Source: a virus
Taxonomy: Duplodnaviria > Caudoviricetes
Strand: one strand, 5' to 3'
DNA: 59,161 nt
Virus record (IMG/VR): IMGVR_UViG_3300033067_001135
Span: 1-59,161 of that record
Shown here: positions 36,212 through 44,077 of the stretch, in pieces
Layout of the letters: every line of letters starts with the position of its first letter
How positions within the stretch are numbered: position 1 is the first letter of the stretch
Notes under the pieces: generated by a model
Seen by the model: only the letters and a program-made list of their open reading frames with translations
The model's database searches: none
What the model was told of the DNA's origin: nothing
Program-made: the position numbers and the translations under genes

Positions 36212-36299
36212 GCACTGGACACCCCGCCTAGCGGATCCAGCGCCTGGTCAGGTCAAAGTCCCCGGTCGATCTGCGAGCGCAGACACCCGTGCGGCGGAC
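36212..36299 (+). ncRNA. Structured 5' leader, copy 3 of 3
   Basis: CTGGA-CACC-CCGC-cta-GCGG-A-TCCAG, then GTCC-c-CGG-tcga-TCTGC-gagc-GCAGA-cac-CCG-tgcggc-GGAC. Confidence 0.7.
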
Positions 36300-36328
36300 G
36301 GAACGTCGGTCAACCCATTGGTTTCACG

Positions 36329-38116
36329 ATGAAAGTCTTCCGCCTTTTCACGCTCGTTCTCGCCTTGGCGCTGGCCATCCCGGTCCTGGCGAACATCTCA
36401 AGCCAGACCAATCGCGCCGGGCCCTACACCCTGTCGGTGCTGCCGGCGACCGTCTCCGTCGTTTTCCCGTTTCAGCAGGCGTCCGACATCATGGTCCTGA
36501 ACACGGGCCAGAGCGGCACGAGCATCGACCCGCCGACCGTCCTGACGCTGAACTCCGACTACACGGTCACGGGCGGCGGCTACAATCCGACGACGAACAT
36601 GCAGTCTGGCAACGTCGTGGTGAACACGGGCGGCGCGCACAATGTCCAGGTGAACGACCGGATCGTGATCATCCGAAACGTGCCGTTCAACCAGTTGACT
36701 TCGTTCACGTCCGGGGTGCTGACGGCCGCGGCGATCGAGAAGGCGCTGGATAAGACGGCGACGATCTCGCAGCAGTTGGCGGAAGCCGGGTCGCGAACGC
36801 TCCGCTTTCAGCCTGGCGAACTGATCGACGGCACGCTGAGTCGCACGGCGCGCAAGAGCAAGGTGCTCGGGTTCGACAGCAACGGGAACATCTCTTTCTA
36901 CGCGTTTCAGGCCGGCACGATTCTTCCCCAGTCGATTCAGGGAACGGCGAATCAGGTCCTGGTGAACGGTTCCTTCGGGACGCCGGTCACGGGGGCGGCG
37001 ACGTTGACGACGCCGCAGGACATCGGGACGACGAGTTCGGTGCAGTTCGGCAAGATGGGCATCAACACGGCCCCGGTCGGGAACACGGATTTGCTGGTCA
37101 ATCGCGTGCTGCCAGGTGCGACCGCGCAGGCGTCGGTCATCGTGTCGGGGTCGCTCGCACCCCCGCCGGCAACCGATCTGCATCCGAACGCGTTTCGCGA
37201 TGTGACGAATTTCGTTCCGACGATGGTGGCGGACGCCTACTGCTCGTTCGACGCGCAGTCGAGCATGGGCGGCACGGTCAACCTGAACCACTATCGCGGG
37301 TATCAGGCGCGCTTCGGCTACTACGGCAGCGGCACGATTGGCGAGATGTCGGGCTACATGACGGCGAATTTCGGGCCGAACGGTCCGGGCAATGTCACGT
37401 TCCTCCGCAGCTTCTACGTCTCGCAGCCGACGATCTCCGGCGGCGCAACCGTAGGCCAGTTTGACGGCATCTACATGGATCAGTTGTCGAATCCGACCGG
37501 CAACGTGAACGCGATCTACATCGCCGGCAACAACCGCATTTTCATGGCCGGCGGTCAGATCGTGACTTCCGACCTGCTGACGCCGATCAACACGAACAAC
37601 CGCGTCGACGTGACGTTCGACCAGACGACGCAACACGGCATCGGCATCCGGAACAAGAACGCGACCGCGACCGGATACATGATCCAGTTCTACAACAACA
37701 ACCCCACGCAGCAGGGGTCGATCCAGCAGGCGAATTCGACGACTGTGGCGTTCAACACCACGTCGGATGCCAGGCTGAAGACGAATGTCCGGCCGATGCG
37801 GGACAGCGGCAAGATCATCGACGCGATGCAGCCGCGGCTGTTCGACTGGCGATGGGGCGGGAAGGACTATCACGGGTTTGTCGCGCAGGAATTGTTCAAG
37901 GTCTATCCCGAAGCCGTGTCCAAGGGCGACGCAGGCGACGAGATCAAGGAACCCTGGTCGGTCGACTACTCGAAGCTGACGCCGGTCCTGGTCTCTGAAG
38001 TGCAAGACCTTCGTCGCCGGACGCGCAACCTCGAGCTGATCGTCGGGTTCATGGCTTTCTTTGTCGTCACGCAGGCCGGCATTCTCGCTTTCCGTTTCAA
38101 CCGCAAATCCTCATGA
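36329..38116 (+). CDS. Tail fibre/spike with N-terminal signal peptide, T7 gp17-like attachment domain, S74 chaperone and C-terminal TM helix
   Basis: MKVFRLFTLVLALALAIPVLA|NISSQTNR...FPF...LNSDYTVTG...IIRNVP.NQ...EKALDK...QQL. TSDARLKTNV...GFVAQEL...YPEAV...VDYSKLTPVL. Ends LIVGFMAFFVVTQAGILAF-RFNRK. Confidence 0.88.
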   Translation: MKVFRLFTLVLALALAIPVLANISSQTNRAGPYTLSVLPATVSVVFPFQQASDIMVLNTGQSGTSIDPPTVLTLNSDYTVTGGGYNPTTNMQSGNVVVNTGGAHNVQVNDRIVIIRNVPFNQLTSFTSGVLTAAAIEKALDKTATISQQLAEAGSRTLRFQPGELIDGTLSRTARKSKVLGFDSNGNISFYAFQAGTILPQSIQGTANQVLVNGSFGTPVTGAATLTTPQDIGTTSSVQFGKMGINTAPVGNTDLLVNRVLPGATAQASVIVSGSLAPPPATDLHPNAFRDVTNFVPTMVADAYCSFDAQSSMGGTVNLNHYRGYQARFGYYGSGTIGEMSGYMTANFGPNGPGNVTFLRSFYVSQPTISGGATVGQFDGIYMDQLSNPTGNVNAIYIAGNNRIFMAGGQIVTSDLLTPINTNNRVDVTFDQTTQHGIGIRNKNATATGYMIQFYNNNPTQQGSIQQANSTTVAFNTTSDARLKTNVRPMRDSGKIIDAMQPRLFDWRWGGKDYHGFVAQELFKVYPEAVSKGDAGDEIKEPWSVDYSKLTPVLVSEVQDLRRRTRNLELIVGFMAFFVVTQAGILAFRFNRKSS

Positions 38117-38490
38117 AAAACACGCTTCGTTTCATTTCCGCCCTGGTCCTGATGCTGGGGTTGTCGGCGCTGCCGGCGCACGCGATCATCAAGCAGGTCA
38201 CGTCCGTCTCCGGCACGGTCTCGACGATCCTGACACCCGGGCCCAACGTCCGCACGGTCATCATCCAGAACAACGGTTCCGGCAATGTCCGGCTGACGAT
38301 CGATAACGGCTCGATCACGAGTCCGGCCGGCACGAACCCGACGGCGACGACCGGTTACAAGCTGGTGGCTGGCGCGCAGCTGATCATCACCTACCCGGGC
38401 GACAAGCGTCCGCCGATCATTCGCGCGATCCTGGAGACGGCGACGACGACCACGCTCGACATCTGCACGGACGACACGGGTTCGACCTAA
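38113..38490 (+). CDS. Beta-rich structural-type protein with signal peptide
   Basis: MKNTLRFISALVLMLGLSALPAHA|..., RTVIIQNNGSGNVRL, TATTGYKLVAG. Confidence 0.75.
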   Translation: MKNTLRFISALVLMLGLSALPAHAIIKQVTSVSGTVSTILTPGPNVRTVIIQNNGSGNVRLTIDNGSITSPAGTNPTATTGYKLVAGAQLIITYPGDKRPPIIRAILETATTTTLDICTDDTGST

Positions 38491-38496
38491 CGCGCG

Positions 38497-40653
38497 ATGA
38501 AGGCTTTTCAGAGGGCGGTGATTTGGCTGGCGCTGGCGTTGCTTGCGCCTGGTCTGTTCGGCCAGACGGCCAAGGGAGGGTCGTGGGTGCAGGGTGGACT
38601 GGTGACGCCGGCCGGTGTGTCGAGCGCGAGCAAGATCCTGAAGCCTTACATGCCGTTCTTGGGCGGCGGATCGTTCGAGGCCGGAAGCGTCACGTTCCTG
38701 GATCCGCGAAACCTGGGCAACATGGCGGCGTGGTATGATTCGAGCGACGCGAATTCGCTGATCTACAACTCGTCGAATCAGGTTGCGCTATGGTCGGACA
38801 AGTCGGGCAACAGTGGCACGGGGACGAGTCAGAGCACGGGGCTTTATTTGACGGGAGCAGCGACGGATTACGCGAGTGCGCCGAACGCAGCCGCTTTGCA
38901 GATCACGGGCGACATTGATCTCCGGATTTATGGGGCATCGAATTCGTGGGTATCCGCGAATCTTCAGATGTTGATTTCGAAAAATACGTCGGGCGCTGGC
39001 CAGTGGGCGTATGACTGCTATGTAAACACATCTGGAAATCTGGTGTTTCGGTATAGTCCAGACGGGACAACCCTGCGGACGGCGACAAGTTCGGTTGCTT
39101 TGTCCACGCCCAACAGGACCGCGACATGGATGCGCTGCACATACGCGACGGCGAGCGGAAACGTCATTTTCTATACGAGCGCAGACGGCTCGAACTGGAC
39201 CCAACTAGGCACGACTCAAGTCGTAACATCGGGAACGATTTTTGCCGGCACGAATTCGCTGTCTATCGGTGCGAACAGTGGTGGCGGACTCAATCTTTTC
39301 AGTGGGGCAATTTACCGCGCGCAAATCTACAACGGGATCAATGGCACGCTGGCGTTCGATGCGAATTTCGTCGGCCAGCGCACCAACGCCACGACCTTCA
39401 CCGAGTCCAGCAGCAATGCCGCCACGGTCACGATCAACGGCACGGCGCTGCTCGGGTGGGTGGATGCGGCGAACGTGCTGTGCTTAGATGGAAATGCGGG
39501 AAACTATGCATCAAGCCCGAGCGCAGCCCCGGTAAAAATCACTGGGAGCATAGACCTTAGGGCTGACGCTGCATTGGTTAATTGGGCAACTGGTTCAAAT
39601 CAGGGGCTTATTTCAAAGGTAGATGGAACAAGTTCATGCTCGTATGACATGTTCATTTCCGCCGCTGGACGGGTTGTTTTTAGATATACTCCTGACGGAA
39701 CGGTTGCCTCCCTAAGAACGGCAACTTCTTCTGTAAATCCGAGCGTGTCTGCTCTTGGCCGTCTCTCCGTAAGGGCAACGTATAATTCAGCAACCGGAGA
39801 TGTTACATTTTATACGGCCAGTGATTTTGCTTCATGGGTTCAGCTCGGAACCGTTCAGACGCTAACGGCGGCGGCTATTTTTGATGGAAACAACGCCATA
39901 GCTATTGGTGCTGGTTCTGGCGGCGCAGCCCCTAGGACTGCCGGTATTTTTTACCGCGCCCAAATCTACAACGGTATCGCCGGAACGCTGGCCTTTGACG
40001 CCAACTTCGCCACCGCCGCCAAGCTCGCCACCAGCTTCACCGAATCCTCCTCCAACGCCGCCACTGTCACGATCAACACCAGCGGAGCGACTGGGGCGCG
40101 AATCTCGGGAGCACGGGACTTGTATCAGGGGACGGCGGCTAACCAGCCCATCCTGACCATCGCAGCGGGGGGCAACTACGTGACGTTTGACGGCTCCAAC
40201 GACTATCTGAAGGCGGCGGCGTTCTCACTGAGCCAGCCGGAGACGGTTTACTTTGTCGGAAGCCAGATTTCTAACACGGTTTCAGATTCACTCATCGATG
40301 GGCAGGCGGCCACCTCAACCTTGCGTATAAGCCAGACGGGAACGGGGAGCGAAATCGTTGCGACGGCGGGCACCTCGCTTGGTCCTATTTCTACCGGCCT
40401 AAATACCCCCTCTGTTGTAACCGCAGTATTCAACTCAACCTCGTCCTCAATCAGAAACAATAGGGCGGCGGCTACGGTTGGAAATGCCGGAACGGGAACG
40501 CCCAACGGCGTCGTTCTTGGCGCACAGACCACCCCCGGCAACTACGCCAACATCACCGCCTCTGAAATCGCGATTTATTCGGTCGCGCATGATGCAAGCA
40601 CGCAGGACAGCATGGCGATTTACGAGAATATCAAGTGGGTGCTCGGCTTCTGA
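38497..40653 (+). CDS. LamG/concanavalin-like adhesin (tail-associated) with signal peptide
   Basis: MKAFQRAVIWLALALLAPGLFG|..., AAWYDSSD...WSDKSGN, two internal ~200-aa repeats (ITG.IDLR...W.QLGT...IYRAQIYNGI), ...FDGSNDYL...EIAIYS. Confidence 0.78.
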   Translation: MKAFQRAVIWLALALLAPGLFGQTAKGGSWVQGGLVTPAGVSSASKILKPYMPFLGGGSFEAGSVTFLDPRNLGNMAAWYDSSDANSLIYNSSNQVALWSDKSGNSGTGTSQSTGLYLTGAATDYASAPNAAALQITGDIDLRIYGASNSWVSANLQMLISKNTSGAGQWAYDCYVNTSGNLVFRYSPDGTTLRTATSSVALSTPNRTATWMRCTYATASGNVIFYTSADGSNWTQLGTTQVVTSGTIFAGTNSLSIGANSGGGLNLFSGAIYRAQIYNGINGTLAFDANFVGQRTNATTFTESSSNAATVTINGTALLGWVDAANVLCLDGNAGNYASSPSAAPVKITGSIDLRADAALVNWATGSNQGLISKVDGTSSCSYDMFISAAGRVVFRYTPDGTVASLRTATSSVNPSVSALGRLSVRATYNSATGDVTFYTASDFASWVQLGTVQTLTAAAIFDGNNAIAIGAGSGGAAPRTAGIFYRAQIYNGIAGTLAFDANFATAAKLATSFTESSSNAATVTINTSGATGARISGARDLYQGTAANQPILTIAAGGNYVTFDGSNDYLKAAAFSLSQPETVYFVGSQISNTVSDSLIDGQAATSTLRISQTGTGSEIVATAGTSLGPISTGLNTPSVVTAVFNSTSSSIRNNRAAATVGNAGTGTPNGVVLGAQTTPGNYANITASEIAIYSVAHDASTQDSMAIYENIKWVLGF

Positions 40654-41063
40654 TGATCCTGACCGCAACAGAGCTTCGCGAACGGGTTCCTGGCGCAGTC
40701 TGTGCCGATCAGGATTATGCCGTGCCGACATCAGCCTGGTTGCTGAAGGAGTTCTATCCGTGGTTCTGGCAGATGCGGACGGCGATGGGCCTGCGCGTCT
40801 ACTCGCGGAAGAACGACTGCGACAACTACGCCAGGGCCGCGGCGCAGGCGGCGGAAGACTGCCATTCGCTGACCGCCGGCGGTCCCGTGGCCGAAGGGCT
40901 GTCCGTCGGGGAATTCTTCTATCGCAAGGACAGCGGCGAGGGTCACGCGATTTGCGTGGCGATTGTCGACGACGGCCGCCGCATGTTTTTCGAACCGCAG
41001 TCCGGGGCTGAACTGCAACTGAGCAACCAGGAGATCGCATCATGCTATTTCGCACGCTTCTGA
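40653..41063 (+). CDS. Papain/transglutaminase-like cysteine peptidase
   Basis: NDCDNYA...GHAICV...FFEPQ gives a Cys-His-Glu triad. Confidence 0.7.
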   Translation: MILTATELRERVPGAVCADQDYAVPTSAWLLKEFYPWFWQMRTAMGLRVYSRKNDCDNYARAAAQAAEDCHSLTAGGPVAEGLSVGEFFYRKDSGEGHAICVAIVDDGRRMFFEPQSGAELQLSNQEIASCYFARF

Positions 41064-41146
41064 TCGTGGTCGTGTTGGCCGTCGCCGGCTGTGCGTCGAA
41101 CCCGATCACCATTCCGCAACCCCCACCGGTCAAATACGCGCCATGA
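41042..41146 (+). CDS. 34-aa lipoprotein
   Basis: MLFRTLLIVVVLAVAG|CASNPITIPQPPPVKYAP*, lipobox VAGC. Not in the supplied ORF track. Confidence 0.6.
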   Translation: MLFRTLLIVVVLAVAGCASNPITIPQPPPVKYAP

Positions 41147-41532
41147 ACCTCGAGCTCGCATCCGATGTCTTCCCCTTCGTCTGGCCGCTGATCGTCCTGC
41201 TGATCCTGCTGATCATCATCCGGAAGATCGAGAGCACGATCAATCCCATCGTCGTCAACGTGGTGAACGGCCTAGCGAACCAGGCGGGCAGCAATGCGCT
41301 GACCTATGGGCTGATGATCGGCTACGGTCTCAGCGCGAGCCTTCAATCGCTCGCCGAACAGGCGACGATCCTGCATTGGGTGACCTTGGCGGCGATGGCC
41401 AAGGTCATTAACCCGTGCATCGTGGCGATGCTGGCGTTCGCGGCGAAGAACGACCTGGGCATTGCGCGCAAGCTTCCGCCGGCAAATAAGGCTGGCGAGA
41501 CGACTCCTCCCTTCCAAAATCCGAACCCATGA
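41143..41532 (+). CDS. Holin-like membrane protein
   Basis: Three hydrophobic segments in 129 aa, lysis-cassette position. Confidence 0.6.
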   Translation: MNLELASDVFPFVWPLIVLLILLIIIRKIESTINPIVVNVVNGLANQAGSNALTYGLMIGYGLSASLQSLAEQATILHWVTLAAMAKVINPCIVAMLAFAAKNDLGIARKLPPANKAGETTPPFQNPNP

Positions 41533-41966
41533 ATACCCGAATCCTGATTAGCATTATCGCGCTGGCGTTCTTCGCTGGTTGCACGTCCGTTCCCGTGGAT
41601 CCCACCCCGAAGCAGCAGGTGATCGCAAACGCGGTCGAGGACACGATGGCCATCGGCCTGGTCCCGGTTCTGACGAAGAATCGGGCCTACATTCCATCCG
41701 CGGCGGCCGTGGCCGGGACGCTCGGTTCGTTCACGGGCGACACGATTTCGCCGGCCGATGTCGACGCCGTTTTGGCGAGGTGCGGGGTCACGGGCGAGGA
41801 TGCCGCGGTGATCGCCGGCATGGTGAACGCGGCCTGGGAAACCTACACCCTGCGCTATTCGCAGCAGGTGAACGCCAGCGTCAGGCCAGACGTGAAGCTC
41901 TTCCTGTCCGCAATTTCGAACGGCATTCGGCGAGCGATCGCTGCCGTGCCGAAGCCGGCTGCATAA
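41529..41966 (+). CDS. Lipoprotein
   Basis: MNTRILISIIALAFFAG|C lipobox. Confidence 0.75.
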   Translation: MNTRILISIIALAFFAGCTSVPVDPTPKQQVIANAVEDTMAIGLVPVLTKNRAYIPSAAAVAGTLGSFTGDTISPADVDAVLARCGVTGEDAAVIAGMVNAAWETYTLRYSQQVNASVRPDVKLFLSAISNGIRRAIAAVPKPAA

Positions 41967-41973
41967 TTTCGCG

Positions 41974-42279
41974 ATGCTTTCGACGATCAACGTCCTCCTG
42001 AACCTGTCGCCGCTGGCGGCGGTCATTCTCGCGCAGGTCGATGGCGTGGCTGCAGCTGCGCCGTCGCTCTATTCGTATGGGCCGCTCGGAATTATGTGCG
42101 GCTGGTTCATGCTGCGCGGGGAGGCGCTGATCAAGGAAGTCCGGAGCTACGGGCACAAGATCGACGGACTGCGGCTGGCGCTCCTGGCGTCGGCCGCGGC
42201 GTCGGACAGCGCAGGGCCAAACCTGCGCAAGATGTGCGAGGAAGAGATCACCAGGATCAACGCAAAGGGGGAAAAATGA
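41974..42279 (+). CDS. Membrane protein (holin-like)
   Basis: YGPLGIMCGWFML hydrophobic segment followed by a charged helix. Confidence 0.55.
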   Translation: MLSTINVLLNLSPLAAVILAQVDGVAAAAPSLYSYGPLGIMCGWFMLRGEALIKEVRSYGHKIDGLRLALLASAAASDSAGPNLRKMCEEEITRINAKGEK

Positions 42280-42473
42280 TCGGCGAACTGATCAGCAACG
42301 GCCTGGGTTTCCTGAAGGAGTTGTTCGGGTGGAAGCGCGAGGAAGCGAACCGCCAGAACACTCCGGAGATGCAGGCGAACGCGAAGTCCGGCCAGGATGC
42401 GCAGGTTGTCGACGACGCGCGTAAGACCGTGGCCAAGGGCGACGCAGACGACATCCGGAGGGGCCTGTCATGA
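42276..42473 (+). CDS. Small protein, possible inner spanin-like
   Basis: Amphipathic N-terminus and helical tail, directly precedes a lipoprotein. Confidence 0.45.
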   Translation: MIGELISNGLGFLKELFGWKREEANRQNTPEMQANAKSGQDAQVVDDARKTVAKGDADDIRRGLS

Positions 42474-42925
42474 AGACCAGCTGGGAAAGGCAGGAAGAGA
42501 AGTCGCGGCGCGACGCGGTGCTGCTGAAGTGGGCGTTTGGCCTGTTCTTTGCGGCCATCGTCCTGATCATCGTGTTTTTCGCCGTCGGCTGCTCGAGCCC
42601 GGTCATCCCGGGGCGGGTCGAGTCGACCGCGGTGGCCTACGAGGGCAACCAGCAGAACGCCGGGGTGCTGGCGGTCACGGACCAGGGCGCGGTCCTGACG
42701 GAGCACAAGAAGGCCGAATACGACGCGCTGGTTGCGCGCTACGGCCGCGGCACGCCGGACTACCCGATCAACCCGCCAGTCGACCCCAGGGCGGGCCTGG
42801 CACGCGTTTCCGGGGCGTCCGCGGGCTTTCCAGACCAGGGCTGGGTGTGGCGCATGGATCGCGAGCATCTGACCTGGTTCCTGACCTTTCGGGAGTGGCA
42901 GCGCGCCGGACGGCCATCCCGGTAA
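42470..42925 (+). CDS. Lipoprotein, possible outer spanin-like
   Basis: WAFGLFFAAIVLIIVFFAVG|C lipobox, last gene of the cassette. Confidence 0.6.
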   Translation: MKTSWERQEEKSRRDAVLLKWAFGLFFAAIVLIIVFFAVGCSSPVIPGRVESTAVAYEGNQQNAGVLAVTDQGAVLTEHKKAEYDALVARYGRGTPDYPINPPVDPRAGLARVSGASAGFPDQGWVWRMDREHLTWFLTFREWQRAGRPSR

Positions 42926-43020
42926 ACGACGAGGCCCGGCGGGTCGTGACCGCCGGGCCCCTGAAGGTTAACGCCTGATCAGTTTGCCGCGGGATTGCCG
43001 CAGCGCGCCAGTGCTCTTGC
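42924..43020 (-). ncRNA. Candidate ~95-nt small RNA
   Basis: Minus-strand TTGACA(43054-43049)-N17-CAGTTT promoter, no ORF, 10-bp hairpin 42933-42959 followed by TCGTCGTTT on the minus strand. Confidence 0.5.
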
Positions 43021-43150
43021 CCGGGAAACTGGGGCGGTTGCCCCGTTCTGTCAAGAATCGGCTTGAAAGCGGGTCAGGGATATGCGGGATTTACCCCATC
43101 CCGGCAGCCTAAGCGGCCAGGCCGGGTCTTAACCTGACAGCAGATACAAC

Positions 43151-43987
43151 ATGGAAAATGCAATTGTGCCGGTCGCTCCGGCTGAACTGATGCGCCTGGC
43201 GACGGATGTTTCCGGGCTTTGTAGGGACATCGTGGTGAAGACCGCGGTCGACATCCAGGGCCGGAAATACGTGAAGGTCGAGGGCTGGATGGCCATCGCG
43301 ACGGCGCACGGCTGTTCGGCTGGTGCGGCCGAAGTGAAGCAGGATGAGCGCGGCACGAGCGCCATCGGCGAGATTCGCCGGATCAGCGATGGCACGCTGA
43401 TCGCGCGCGCGGAGGGTTTCGTCGGCGTCGACGAGCCGACTTGGTATGGCGGCGAAGTCGAGAAGTGGCGCGACGGCAAGAAGGAGATCAAGACCATGCC
43501 GCGCCGGCCCGACTACGCGATTCGGGCGATGGCGCAGACGCGCGCGATCAGCCGCGCGTGCCGTTCGGCGTTCGCGCATGTCGTGGTGATGATGGATTCG
43601 GGTCTGTCGACCACGCCGGCCGAAGAAGTTCCGCATGGCGGATTCGACAACGACCAGGACCAGCAGCGTCCGCCTCAGTCCGGCCAGCAGTCGCAGACGC
43701 AGGGCCAGACGCAGCAGCAGAAGACGGTCGAGGTTCCCCGCGATGAGAACGGCGACTGGACGCTGCCGAAGGGCGTCAAGTGGCAGGACGTGAAGGTCCA
43801 TTTCGGCAAGAACAAGGGCATCCCGCTCGGCAAACTCGAAGACCGCAGCATCGAGTGGTATCTGACGAAGTGGGAACCGAAGCCCTACGGCCAGAACACG
43901 GACATCTCGCACGACGACAAGATGCTGCTCGCCGCGGTCAACGCGTTGGCCGCGGAAGCCGACGCGCACGCCGGGAACTCGCACTAA
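43151..43987 (+). CDS. Probable single-strand annealing/recombination protein
   Basis: IQGRKYVKVEGW...YAIRAMAQTRAISRACR...TPAEEV, Gln-rich linker, C-terminal HFGKNKG.PL domain. First gene behind TTGAAA (43063). Confidence 0.65.
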   Translation: MENAIVPVAPAELMRLATDVSGLCRDIVVKTAVDIQGRKYVKVEGWMAIATAHGCSAGAAEVKQDERGTSAIGEIRRISDGTLIARAEGFVGVDEPTWYGGEVEKWRDGKKEIKTMPRRPDYAIRAMAQTRAISRACRSAFAHVVVMMDSGLSTTPAEEVPHGGFDNDQDQQRPPQSGQQSQTQGQTQQQKTVEVPRDENGDWTLPKGVKWQDVKVHFGKNKGIPLGKLEDRSIEWYLTKWEPKPYGQNTDISHDDKMLLAAVNALAAEADAHAGNSH

Positions 43988-44032
43988 TTTCGTCCGCATA
44001 GGACGACGAACCCAAACCACCCAAACAACGCC

Positions 44033-44062
44033 GCCGGCTGCGTAGAAGGCCGGCTTTTTCTT
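44033..44062 (+). terminator. Intrinsic terminator
   Basis: GCCGGCT-gcgtagaa-GGCCGGC followed by TTTTTCTT. Confidence 0.65.
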
Positions 44063-44077
44063 AACCTGAATCCTACC

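Noticed and set aside
39311-40077. Repeat pair as a diversity-generating retroelement TR/VR
   Set aside because: Differences are mostly synonymous and not adenine-specific, both copies lie in one ORF, and no reverse transcriptase is present.
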